A stretch of 64,000 nucleotides of DNA, from contig OY782041.1 in assembly GCA_963677595.1 (NCBI GenBank), positions 2,784,001-2,848,000 of the forward strand, in the 5' to 3' direction. Position 1 is the first letter of the stretch; the number at the start of each line of letters is the position of its first letter. The stretch is from Spirochaetia bacterium. GTDB lineage: Bacteria > Spirochaetota > Spirochaetia > CAKZLE01. The notes beneath the pieces are model-generated. The model was not told the origin of the DNA. It saw only the letters and a list, made by a program, of their open reading frames with translations, and made no database searches. A program made the translations under genes and the position numbers. Of this stretch, positions 55,096-64,000 are shown one piece after another.

Positions 55096-57988
55096 CTGGG
55101 TATTGACCGAGGAGGGGTTCGACCCCTCACGGACCGGGAGACGGGAGAGTCTCTTCTCCCTGGGGAACGGGTATCTCGGGTTCCGCGGCTTCTATGAGGA
55201 GCAGCTTCCCTCCTACCACCGGGGTATCTTCATCAACGGGTTCTACGACCTGGAGGAGATCGTCTACGGCGAGGAGGCCTATGGGTTCCCGAAGGTGAAC
55301 CAGAAGATGATCGATCTCCCCGACCTCAGGGGATTCTCCATCATGGTTGACGGGGAACGGCTGAACCTCGCCGAGGGGAAGGTCCACTCCTGCAGCAGGA
55401 CCCTTGATCTCCGTGAGGGGGTGATCCGTCGAAGGGTGGACTGGGAGAGTGAGTTCTCCTCACGGGTCGTCCTCACAAGCGAGTTCACTGTCTCCTATAC
55501 CAACAAGCACCTTGCGGCAGTGCGGCTTACCGTAGAGCCGGTACGGTGCAACCGCCTCGAGGTGATCTCATCAGTCAGCATGCCCGCAGCACCTGCGGCC
55601 GATCCCTCGGACCCACGGGTCGGGAAGGGGAGACATGCCCACCTGGAGATGACCGGCATCTCCTGCGGGGAGCATACCCTGGCGGCCTCCTTCCGGGCAG
55701 TCGGCAGTGACCTGAAGCTTGCCTGTGGTGCCGTCCTGACTGACATCTCCTGTGATGAGGAGCTCATCGAGCGGGAGGAGTATCCTGAGATCGTGCTCTC
55801 CTCTGAGTTCGGCAGGCCGGTCTCCTGCACCAAGTACTGCTTCTATACCCATGACACGGAAGAAGAGGCAGCTTCAGCGGCACTGAAGGAGCTGATGGAA
55901 GGGGTGGAACCTCTCTGGTTCGATACCCTGGCTGCAGGCCAGAAGGAGACGCTCTCCGGGTTCTGGGAGACCTCATCTGTCGAGATCCCCGATGATCCGC
56001 ATCTGGAGAAGAGCATTCGGTTCAATCTCTTCGGGCTCTACCAGTCGGTCGGGAAGGACGGGAGAAGCTCGCTCGCCGCAAAGGGGCTGACCGGTGCCGG
56101 TTATGAGGGACACTACTTCTGGGATACCGAGATCTACGGGATGCCCTTCTTTACCTATACCCGCCCGCAGATAGCGAGGAGCCTCCTGGCCTACCGCATC
56201 AGCACCATCCCCGAGGCTCGGAAGCGGGCTGCCGAGATGCGGCAGAAGGGGATCCTCTTTCCCTGGCGGACGATCGACGGGCGGGAGGCGTCAGCCTACT
56301 TCCCCGCAGGTACTGCCCAGTACCATATAAACGCAGATATCGCATACAGCCTGGTGACCTATCTCGAGGTGACCGGCGATGATGCTATCCTCGCCGAGGG
56401 CGGGGCTGAGCTGCTCTTCGAGACTGCCCGGTTCTGGTATGACCTCGGGTTCTTCAACCCGAGGAGGAAGGGGGCCTTCTGCATCCATGAGGTCACCGGT
56501 CCCGATGAGTACACGGCCTTGGTGAACAACAACCTCTACACCAACCTCATGGCGCAGTTCAACCTCAGGAAGGCTGCCGGGATCTACCGGGAGTACCCCG
56601 GGCTCGGGGAGAGCCTCGGGTTTACCCCTGAGGAGGCAGGCGGGTGGGATACGGCTGCGCACCTGATGTATATCCCGTATGACCGGGAGACCGGGCTCCA
56701 CCCGCAGGATGACCAGTTCCTCGACCGTGAGCGGTGGGACTTCGCCTCCTACCCGGCAGACGGCTACCCGCTGCTCCTCCACTGCCATCCGCTGGTGATC
56801 TACCGGTACCAGGTACTCAAGCAGGCTGATGTCGTGCTGGCCCACCTCCTGCTGCCCGATGCCTTCCCGCTCTATGAGCGACGGCGGGACTTCTCCTATT
56901 ACGAGGAGTTGACAACCGGTGACAGCTCGCTCTCTGCCTGCATCCAGGGGATCATCGCGACCGAGGTCGGGCAGTTGGATACCGGCTACCGGTACCTGCG
57001 CCGGACTGCCCTCGTGGACCTGGATGACCTCCAGGGCAATACGAAGGACGGGCTCCATACCGCCTCGATGGGTGGGTCCTGGATGGCCCTGGTCTACGGC
57101 CTGGCGGGGCTGCGCTGGAGGGATGGGCATCTTTCCTTCGCACCGAAGGTCTATGAAGAGCTTACCTCCTACGGCTTCATGATCCAGTCGGCAGGGGTAC
57201 TGCTCCATGTCACGGTGAATGAAGGGGAGACGACCTATACCGCGACCGGCGGGAGCCTGGGTATCATGCACCATGGGAAGGCCCTGCGTATTACCGAAGG
57301 GAGCCCCGTCACGGTAGGGACTACCCCATCGCTGCAAGCGGTGGTCTTCGACCTCGACGGGGTGATCACCTCCACCGACGGGCTTCACTTCCAGGCATGG
57401 AAACAGCTCGCAGACGAGGAGGGGTGGGCCTTCGACCGTGAAACGAATGAGCACCTGCGCGGGGTCTCGAGGAAGGAATCCCTGCTGATCATCACCGGGC
57501 ACAACGGGATCGAACTCACTGATGAGGCTCAGATACGATTGTTCACCGACCGGAAGAACGCTACCTACCGGGAACTGCTGAAAGGGATCACGCCAGCGGA
57601 TCTGCTCCCCGGGTTCGTACGGCTTGCTGAGGAACTCAAAGGTCGGGGTATCCTGATCGGGATCGCCTCGGCGAGCAGGAACGCCCCCTACATCCTGGAG
57701 CGGCTCGGGATCGGGGAGCTCATCGATGCCCTCGTGCCGGCCGCGGAGGTCTCGGTCGGCAAGCCCGACCCCGAGGTTTTCCTCCGGTGTGCCGACATGC
57801 TCGGGGTCTCCCCGCTTTCCTGTGCGGCAATAGAGGATGCGAAGGCAGGCATCGAGGCGATCAAGGCTGCCGGGATGCACTCGATCGGGATAGGGGAGGC
57901 TGCGAAAGAGGCTGAGATGCCGGTGGGAGACCTCACGGAGGTCTCGTATGGGAGGATCAGCTCTCTCTGGGGGGATCAGGTCCAGTAG
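55079..57988 (+). CDS. GH65 disaccharide phosphorylase fused to beta-phosphoglucomutase (HAD)
   Basis: LGNGYLGFRG, AKGLTGAGYEGHYFWDTE, TGPDEY, KQADV, DSSLS; then FDLDGVITST, GVSR, SASRNA, GKPDPE, IEDA. Confidence 0.92.
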   Translation: MKMKSDWVLTEEGFDPSRTGRRESLFSLGNGYLGFRGFYEEQLPSYHRGIFINGFYDLEEIVYGEEAYGFPKVNQKMIDLPDLRGFSIMVDGERLNLAEGKVHSCSRTLDLREGVIRRRVDWESEFSSRVVLTSEFTVSYTNKHLAAVRLTVEPVRCNRLEVISSVSMPAAPAADPSDPRVGKGRHAHLEMTGISCGEHTLAASFRAVGSDLKLACGAVLTDISCDEELIEREEYPEIVLSSEFGRPVSCTKYCFYTHDTEEEAASAALKELMEGVEPLWFDTLAAGQKETLSGFWETSSVEIPDDPHLEKSIRFNLFGLYQSVGKDGRSSLAAKGLTGAGYEGHYFWDTEIYGMPFFTYTRPQIARSLLAYRISTIPEARKRAAEMRQKGILFPWRTIDGREASAYFPAGTAQYHINADIAYSLVTYLEVTGDDAILAEGGAELLFETARFWYDLGFFNPRRKGAFCIHEVTGPDEYTALVNNNLYTNLMAQFNLRKAAGIYREYPGLGESLGFTPEEAGGWDTAAHLMYIPYDRETGLHPQDDQFLDRERWDFASYPADGYPLLLHCHPLVIYRYQVLKQADVVLAHLLLPDAFPLYERRRDFSYYEELTTGDSSLSACIQGIIATEVGQLDTGYRYLRRTALVDLDDLQGNTKDGLHTASMGGSWMALVYGLAGLRWRDGHLSFAPKVYEELTSYGFMIQSAGVLLHVTVNEGETTYTATGGSLGIMHHGKALRITEGSPVTVGTTPSLQAVVFDLDGVITSTDGLHFQAWKQLADEEGWAFDRETNEHLRGVSRKESLLIITGHNGIELTDEAQIRLFTDRKNATYRELLKGITPADLLPGFVRLAEELKGRGILIGIASASRNAPYILERLGIGELIDALVPAAEVSVGKPDPEVFLRCADMLGVSPLSCAAIEDAKAGIEAIKAAGMHSIGIGEAAKEAEMPVGDLTEVSYGRISSLWGDQVQ

Positions 57989-58009
57989 TCCCTGCTACAA
58001 TCTTCTTCA

Positions 58010-58315
58010 TCAGACCGCTATCCCTTCAGTCGCTATCGTATGCTCGAGGGTGCCATGCAGTTCTTTTCGATCCTCAAAATCCACAGCTTTGATAACCAGT
58101 ACATCTAGTGCCATGTTGATATATTTCCTTGCCTCGACACGAACCTGATAGGCTATCTCAAAGGGGTCTCCATATTCAGGGGGTATCACGACACAGAGGT
58201 CAAGGTCACTGTCGGCTGAGGCAGATCCATCAGCTTGAGACCCAAAGACAAAGAACTGCATCTCAGGGAAGCTGTTATGTATCTGTTCCACAGCTGAACG
58301 TATTGTGTCATTCAC
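58010..58315 (-). CDS. Minimal nucleotidyltransferase (MNT, antitoxin-type)
   Basis: FVFGSQADG...DSDLDLCV, LDVLV, IATEGI; SD AAGGAGG before GTG. Confidence 0.88.
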   Translation of the reverse strand: MNDTIRSAVEQIHNSFPEMQFFVFGSQADGSASADSDLDLCVVIPPEYGDPFEIAYQVRVEARKYINMALDVLVIKAVDFEDRKELHGTLEHTIATEGIAV

Positions 58316-58482
58316 TTCTGATCCTCCTTATTGCTTTCGTCCCATGTAGGTATGAATATGCCGTCAAGTAGTACGAAGACAACCTCTTAATCCAATATAT
58401 CAAATATCCCTATGTATTCATAGTTTCAATCCGGTAGATCTCTTAGGCCAACATACTCTCCCATCATCACAGATCTGTCTTT

Positions 58483-59385
58483 TTAGGCCCAGTAGTCTCT
58501 GGTGAAGTCCGGTTCTGCACCTTCTTTGAGGGCTTCTGGATAGGGGGCGAAGAGACTCTGGTCCTCGAAGCCCTTCCCGAGGAGCTCGAAGCGGAGCACC
58601 TCGATGCAGCTCTCCTCAGAGATACGGTTGGCTGCATAGTCATTCACTGCAGCGGAGAACTCAGCCGGATGGCTGACGATGGGGATGAGTTCCCGGAAGA
58701 ACGCGGCGACCGTTTTTGGGTTGGGCGGGTGGGCTATGACTCTCCTAAGCAGTGATTCATACTCCGCGGAATCGGGATCCGTATCATCGAGCGGGGGGAA
58801 GAGGCTGTGGTCATGCTTCATGATGAGCAGTCGGTTCTTTCGGTGGAATTCCTGCAGGCTGTGGTCTTCCTTGTGCTCCCTGAATGAGGCGAGGAGGAAG
58901 ACCCGCAGGAGGAAGTAGTGGCGTACCTTCCGGTAGGAGAACCTGCCGTACTCCTCGATGGGGTATCCCCGGAAGCGTCTGGTGACCTCGTCTGCGAAGA
59001 GGAGGCTGCAGGACTCGGTCACGGGGATGGCCCTGCTCCCTGAGTACACGGTTGCCTTGTGGGATCGGGCAGGACGGTTCACACCCTGGAGGATGAAGCC
59101 GTCGACCGGCTTCAGGCTGTCGAGGTACCTCCTGGAAAGCTCGCTGATCCGTTCGGTCAGGTCGATCCCGGTCCCCGGGTCGATCAGCCGCAGCGTATCC
59201 CCGTCACGGGTGAGCTTCAGCGGTTGGGCAGGAAGGTCTCCTCCCGCCTCGAGGACGGGACAGATGCTCCTGAACTCGACATAGGGCTCGAGTTCCCTGA
59301 TGATCCGTGACGTGGAACGATCCAGGACAATATCCTGTCCCAGACAGGCACTCGTACAGATGACGGGCTTCCCGAACGTGGACAT
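58483..59385 (-). CDS. Degenerate DUF523 (TudS-like) + DUF1722/YbgA protein
   Basis: TSACLG, ICP, DGFIL, IEEYGRF...HYFLLRVF, LQEFHRKNRLLIMKH, APYPEAL; SD AAGGAGGAG before ATG 59385. Confidence 0.75.
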   Translation of the reverse strand: MSTFGKPVICTSACLGQDIVLDRSTSRIIRELEPYVEFRSICPVLEAGGDLPAQPLKLTRDGDTLRLIDPGTGIDLTERISELSRRYLDSLKPVDGFILQGVNRPARSHKATVYSGSRAIPVTESCSLLFADEVTRRFRGYPIEEYGRFSYRKVRHYFLLRVFLLASFREHKEDHSLQEFHRKNRLLIMKHDHSLFPPLDDTDPDSAEYESLLRRVIAHPPNPKTVAAFFRELIPIVSHPAEFSAAVNDYAANRISEESCIEVLRFELLGKGFEDQSLFAPYPEALKEGAEPDFTRDYWA

Positions 59386-59408
59386 CAGCTCCTCCTTGGA
59401 AAGGCCTG

Positions 59409-60131
59409 CTACAGGGTCCCCTCCTGGTACCTTCTCCTGCATTCATCGAGGATCGCGACGGTAGAGGTCGTCCCGACACGGGATACCCCGACCTTCCTCA
59501 TCAGCAGGAGGTCGTCCAGGGTCCTGATCCCCCCGGCTGCCTTGATCTTCGTCGGGGGTTTGACGAACTCCTTCATGATCTCAAGATCCATGAGGGTAGC
59601 CCCCTTGTAGGCATAATACCCGTTCGGCTGCTTCAGGAACCCGTAGCCGGTGGAGGTCTTCACATAGGGGACTTCCAGTTCGCTGCAGATCTTGCACAGC
59701 TCGATGATCTCCTCCTCCCCGAGATAATCGTTCTCGAAGATGATCTTGAGCAGTACACCGTGTTCCCTGGAGAGCTCGAGGACCGAGTTCACCTCGTACT
59801 CGATGAAGTCCCAGTTCTCGCCCAGGGCCTTGCCGGTGTTGATGACCATGTCGATCTCCTCGGCACCGTCGGCGATCGCCTGACGGGCTTCCTCGACCTT
59901 GACACGGGTGTCACAGTTCCCGTGGGGGAAGGAGACGACCGTTCCGACCTTCACGGTGGAACCCTTGAGGATGGAGACCGCGATGGGCAGCGCATAGGGT
60001 TTGATGCAGACAGAGGCGGTCCGGTACAACAGGGCCGTCTCGCACCCTTTGAGCAGCTGGTCATCGGTGAGGATCGGGTGGAGCAGGGAATGGTCGATCA
60101 TTCCCGCGATATCGTCGTATGTAAGTGCCAT
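59409..60131 (-). CDS. deoC: Deoxyribose-phosphate aldolase
   Basis: IDHSLL, VVSFPHG, GAEEIDMVIN, YVKTSTGYG, IKAAGGIRT. Confidence 0.95.
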   Translation of the reverse strand: MALTYDDIAGMIDHSLLHPILTDDQLLKGCETALLYRTASVCIKPYALPIAVSILKGSTVKVGTVVSFPHGNCDTRVKVEEARQAIADGAEEIDMVINTGKALGENWDFIEYEVNSVLELSREHGVLLKIIFENDYLGEEEIIELCKICSELEVPYVKTSTGYGFLKQPNGYYAYKGATLMDLEIMKEFVKPPTKIKAAGGIRTLDDLLLMRKVGVSRVGTTSTVAILDECRRRYQEGTL

Positions 60132-60180
60132 AGGTTTACCCTCCTGATAGGACATTATACCATAAGCAGCCTGCTTGTCA

Positions 60181-60675
60181 TCAGGATTTGAGGAATTGTC
60201 TGTCCCCGTACCGGCGATGGAGGATCAGTTCCACATAGTCATGGGGGAGGTCCGTCATGGTGACGATCTCCTCAAGGTTCTTCCCACGGTCATGGAGACG
60301 GAGGATGACCTTCTCCATCGTCTCGCCGACTTCGATGAGGTGCTTGTCCGGGTCGAAGCAGCGGAAGATCTGCTGGTTCCAGGGCTGCATCTCGATCTCG
60401 TTCTGGAAGGCAACGCCGGCCTTCTCCAGCCTGGAGAAGTCGTCGATGATGTCATCGGTCTCGAAATAGATCCCGGAACGGTGGTCCGAGAGGTTCAGCA
60501 CCACCGATTTCCCGGTGGTCCGCTGGTAGTGTTCAGCATCATGGATGGCGAGTCCCCCCTCGAAGGTGACATGGTGCTTGAAGTCATGGACGACCTTCAG
60601 ACCAATCTGGTCGCAGTAGAACCGCTTCGATCGCTGGATATCGGAGACAAGCAGTATGGTATGTCTGTATCTCAT
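60181..60675 (-). CDS. VOC/glyoxalase-family protein
   Basis: VSDIQRSKRFY, IYFET, QPWNQQIFRCFDPDKHLIEVGE. Confidence 0.88.
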   Translation of the reverse strand: MRYRHTILLVSDIQRSKRFYCDQIGLKVVHDFKHHVTFEGGLAIHDAEHYQRTTGKSVVLNLSDHRSGIYFETDDIIDDFSRLEKAGVAFQNEIEMQPWNQQIFRCFDPDKHLIEVGETMEKVILRLHDRGKNLEEIVTMTDLPHDYVELILHRRYGDRQFLKS

Positions 60676-60839
60676 CTTCTGTATACCTCCCTGTAATACA
60701 TTACTATAAAACTAATATATAGGGCATGACCCCTGCAAGCAAGGAAAATCGACTCTGCAGGCAGGTGATTCGCCCGGCTCTATGCACGTTCAGTCCCTCT
60801 ATAGTATACTCTGAAACGATCATACGTGGAGGATATTTT

Positions 60840-61589
60840 ATGGGGACGGTCATCGGCTTGGTATTCATCTTCTCCGTGGGCGCCTTTGCCGGCTGGGTCC
60901 TGGAGCTCTTCTACCGGCGTGTGTTCAGCGGGAAGCGGTGGATCAACCCGGGCTTCCTCAACGGCCCGTACCTGCCGCTCTACGGCTTCAGCACCATTGC
61001 CCTGTACGGCATCTCACACCTCTCGCTGCCGTTCTGGGGCCAAGTCATCCTCTTCCTCGCAGTACCCACCCTCCTCGAGCTGGTCACCGGCCTCATCTTC
61101 ACCTCCTGGTACAACATCAGGCTGTGGGACTACTCTGACCAGCCGCTGAACTATAAGGGGATCATCTGTCCCCTCTACACCCTCTTCTGGGGGATCCTGG
61201 GGACGGGGTTCGACCGCTTCATCTATCCGGTCCTCTCCTCCCGGCTCGACTTCCTGCTCTCGCACCTTGAGCTCTCCTTCTTCGTCGGGTTCTTCCTCGG
61301 GCTCTTCATCCTCGACACGATCTACTCCCTCGACATCGCGGCCCAGATCAGGAAGGTGCTGACCCAGACCGAAGAACGGTTCCATGTCAACTACGAACGG
61401 CTCAAAGTGGAGGTCCGGGACTGGGCCTTTGAACATACCAACCGCAGGTTCCATCTCCGGTTCATGCTGCCCTTCAGCGGCAAGGCACACCCCGGCCTGC
61501 GTGAGACGATGGAGAAGCACCTCGACCGCATCCGCCGGGGGGTGAACGCCGCTGAGAAGCTCCCGGTGATCAGGAGGAGACGGAGATGA
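60840..61589 (+). CDS. Putative ABC transporter permease (CmpB/TMEM229-like)
   Basis: GWVLE, NPGFLNGPYLPLYG, LWDYS..PLNYKGIICP; SD GGAGG before ATG 60840. Confidence 0.82.
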   Translation: MGTVIGLVFIFSVGAFAGWVLELFYRRVFSGKRWINPGFLNGPYLPLYGFSTIALYGISHLSLPFWGQVILFLAVPTLLELVTGLIFTSWYNIRLWDYSDQPLNYKGIICPLYTLFWGILGTGFDRFIYPVLSSRLDFLLSHLELSFFVGFFLGLFILDTIYSLDIAAQIRKVLTQTEERFHVNYERLKVEVRDWAFEHTNRRFHLRFMLPFSGKAHPGLRETMEKHLDRIRRGVNAAEKLPVIRRRRR

Positions 61590-62548
61590 GTCATCCATAC
61601 GAAGACTGTTGTCTCTGCCCCCATCGGTGCGGGGCCGACCGGAGCAGGGGAGAACTCGGGGTCTGCGGGGAGGGGACCGCTATGCGGATCGCTTTCGCGG
61701 GTATCCATCGGGGGGAAGAGCCTCCCATCAGTGTCCAGGGCGGGCAGTTTCGCGGTTCCGGCACGATCTTCTTCTCGGGCTGCACCCTCGGCTGTCGCGA
61801 CTGCCAGAACCTGCAGATCAGCTCGCAGGGGAGTAACCTGGGACGGGCGGTCACATATGAGGAGTTCGCCTCGATCTGCCTGTCTCTGCAGGAGCGGGGT
61901 GCTGCCAACATCAACCTCGTGACCGGCACGCAGTTCATCCCCTCGATCATCGAAGGGCTGGTGAGGGCGAAGACCCTCGGCCTTGACCTCCCGGTGGTCT
62001 GGAACACCTCCTCCTATGAATCAGCGGAGGGCCTGAAGCTGCTGTTCCCGTTCGTCGACATCTTCCTTGCCGACCTGAAGGCTTACGACGGGGATGCCTG
62101 CAGGCTCTTCTGCCGTGCTGGGAATTACCCAGCTGCCGCGAAGGAATCAATCATACGCATGGCGGCAGGCAATCCCCTTGTGTTTGACGGGGAGCGGCTG
62201 CTGGGCGGGGTGGTCTTCCGCCACCTGGTCATCCCCGGTGCACTGGAGAACACCAGGAGGGTGATGGACTGGTATGCTGCGCATCTTCAGGGCAAGTCCC
62301 TGCTCTCGGTGATGGTGCAGTACATGCCCATAGGGGATGCGCCGGCCTCCGACCGTGCAGTCACTGAAGACGAGTATGATGAGCTTCTCGATATCCTATC
62401 CGATGCGGGGATCGAGGAGGGCTTCCTCCAGGAACTCGAGGACGAGAGTCCATGGGTACCGGACTTCACGAGGGCAAACCCCTTCCCCCCTGAGTTCTGC
62501 GACCCCCTCTGGCACTATGCCTCGGGGCCGATTGATGTCCCCTCGTAG
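61586..62548 (+). CDS. PflX-like radical SAM protein
   Basis: CCLCPHRC, HRGEEPPIS, GSGTIFFSGCTLGCRDCQN (CxxxCxxC), RHLVIPG. Confidence 0.9.
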   Translation: MSHPYEDCCLCPHRCGADRSRGELGVCGEGTAMRIAFAGIHRGEEPPISVQGGQFRGSGTIFFSGCTLGCRDCQNLQISSQGSNLGRAVTYEEFASICLSLQERGAANINLVTGTQFIPSIIEGLVRAKTLGLDLPVVWNTSSYESAEGLKLLFPFVDIFLADLKAYDGDACRLFCRAGNYPAAAKESIIRMAAGNPLVFDGERLLGGVVFRHLVIPGALENTRRVMDWYAAHLQGKSLLSVMVQYMPIGDAPASDRAVTEDEYDELLDILSDAGIEEGFLQELEDESPWVPDFTRANPFPPEFCDPLWHYASGPIDVPS

Positions 62549-63213
62549 GCTTCCCGGTTGAGGATAGCCGTCATGTTCGCTATATTCCGTCCCTCTGCAG
62601 TGATGACCTCGAGGGAGAGCTCCGAACCGCGCTTCGCGGCGATGGGATCGAAGGGGACGTTCTTCCCGGGGACCCACTCGTCCCCGACCATCTCCCTGAA
62701 GGCAGCCCAGCCGATATGGTCGAGCGGCACGGCATCGGGATCGAGCTTGGGGTCTGCAGAGTAGACTTTCGCGATGTTCGACAGGTTGATCACACGGTCC
62801 GCGGAGAACCGCTCAGCCAGGACGACCGCGTCATTGTCGGTCGAGAATCCGGGCTTCCAGCCCGCGGCGATGAGCACGCGCCCGGTGAAGGAGAGCTCAG
62901 CTGTCGGGTCTGTCACCAGGGCATCGGTGCACCAGCCGGCAAATACTGCCCTGAGCAGGGTCCCGTTGAGGTGGGTGGCAGCGATGCCGATCCAGTCCTG
63001 GTCATGCGTGGAGGGCGTCTCCACGATCTCCCGGTAGGCCTGCTGGTAGCGTCGTGCCGGGGCTCCTCCCCCGGTGACCATGACGATCTTCCGGGCCTCA
63101 TCGGCCTGGAGGTAGGCGATGATCGCTTCCCTGAACTTCCGGATGAACGGGCTGTCTACCCCGTCCGGTACGATGATCGATCCCCCGAGGGAGAGTATGG
63201 TCACTTCTGGCAT
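62515..63213 (-). CDS. pyrH: UMP kinase (archaeal-type)
   Basis: LSLGGSII, GGGAPARRYQ, DWIGIAATHLNG, GWKPGFSTD, PFDPIAA. Confidence 0.92.
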   Translation of the reverse strand: MPEVTILSLGGSIIVPDGVDSPFIRKFREAIIAYLQADEARKIVMVTGGGAPARRYQQAYREIVETPSTHDQDWIGIAATHLNGTLLRAVFAGWCTDALVTDPTAELSFTGRVLIAAGWKPGFSTDNDAVVLAERFSADRVINLSNIAKVYSADPKLDPDAVPLDHIGWAAFREMVGDEWVPGKNVPFDPIAAKRGSELSLEVITAEGRNIANMTAILNREAYEGTSIGPEA

Positions 63214-63314
63214 GGAGTGCCTCCTGGTTTGTATTTCCTCTCAAGCATACACACTTCACCCTGTTTTCTCAATCATCCTGATGGAGAAAAACAAGGTTCA
63301 GCAGCATGCAGTAT

Positions 63315-64000
63315 TCAGCGTGAGAAGGTGACCCGATCCCTCCCGTCCCGCTTGCTGCGGTACATGAGGGAGTCAGCCCGCTCGATGATGGAATCACGCG
63401 TGTCATCTCCCCTGACCATCGTGGCCCCGATGGAGATCGTTACACTGATCTGCCCCTCCTTATAGGGGAGTGATGATGCTGCGGTGAGGATCCTGAGCCG
63501 CTGTGCGGTACTGATGAGATGCTCCTCGGTGGTGTTCCTGATGATCCCGATGAACTCCTCGCCCCCGAATCGCCCGAAGAGGTCGAACGGCCTGCCGTTC
63601 GCTGACAGGGTGTTCGCGATGAGCCTCAGGACGCTGTCTCCGGCAAGGTGGCCGTAGGTGTCATTGACGCCCTTGAAATGGTCGATATCGAGGAAGATGA
63701 TGCCGAAGGGGACTGAGAACTTCCTGAACTCATTGATCCGGCAGTCGATCTCGTTCTCGATATAGGTCCTGTTCGCGAGCCGGGTGAGGGGATCGAGCAT
63801 GGCGAGCTGTTCGAGCTCCCTGATCCTGATCTCCTTCGCGGTCTGTTCCGAGATGTCGGTGAAGAGCTCTATGGCCTGGATGGCACTTTCCTTCTCCTCG
63901 AGGAGGGAGGTCCTGATCTGGACAGGGACCCGGTGCCCCTCCTTGTGGTGGAGGAAGACGCTGGCATCCCGCTGCTTCCGGTCGCAGATCGTGCTGCCGA
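63315..64000 (-). CDS. PAS/PAC + GGDEF diguanylate cyclase (5' end outside window)
   Basis: DPLTRLANR, DIDHFKGVNDTYGH, I-site RPFD, GGEEF; upstream in-frame FLHHKEGHRVPV PAC motif. Confidence 0.92.
   Translation of the reverse strand, partial: GSTICDRKQRDASVFLHHKEGHRVPVQIRTSLLEEKESAIQAIELFTDISEQTAKEIRIRELEQLAMLDPLTRLANRTYIENEIDCRINEFRKFSVPFGIIFLDIDHFKGVNDTYGHLAGDSVLRLIANTLSANGRPFDLFGRFGGEEFIGIIRNTTEEHLISTAQRLRILTAASSLPYKEGQISVTISIGATMVRGDDTRDSIIERADSLMYRSKRDGRDRVTFSR

Noticed and set aside
58390-58470. Possible pseudogene fragment on the minus strand (MMGEYVGLRDLPD*NYEYIG...)
   Set aside because: Too short and no recognisable family
62515-62548. 34-bp convergent overlap of the radical SAM gene and pyrH
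   Set aside because: Short 3' overlaps are common in compact genomes

Overview
Chromosomal segment of a GC-rich bacterium, most likely a free-living spirochaete (Spirochaetia, Sphaerochaeta-like). The taxon is inferred from 'FAGG.QE' solute-binding-protein N-termini, an archaeal-type PyrH and a DbpA-domain protein. The window is mostly metabolic and housekeeping: iorAB, an alpha-glucoside (Agl-type) ABC operon, tRNA-Arg(CCT), a cadherin-repeat surface lipoprotein, a LacI/GH3 pair, an RNHCP-rsgA operon, a deoxyhexose/xyloside glycan locus (GH95, GH29, GH31, GH78, ABC transporter, two-component system, UroD/MtaA-fold protein), livKHMGF, infA, dksA, mltG, phoA, an amylosucrase plus GH65-betaPGM operon, deoC and pyrH. 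Highlights read directly from the sequence: (1) a 2-kb integrase-free RloA/RloB (AbiL-like) cassette bracketed by a 33-bp duplication of a host gene's 3' end, with its own promoter and a perfect inverted repeat; (2) an 11-codon leader peptide, alternative pairings and a C-rich rut-like tract ahead of RNHCP-rsgA, a candidate ribosome-stress attenuator; (3) one identical 16-bp LacI operator shared by a transporter operon and an enzyme operon about 45 kb apart; (4) a duplicated 59-bp promoter module in the glycan locus. No CRISPR array, integrase, transposase or rRNA was seen. All family calls come from motif recognition by eye, not from database searches.
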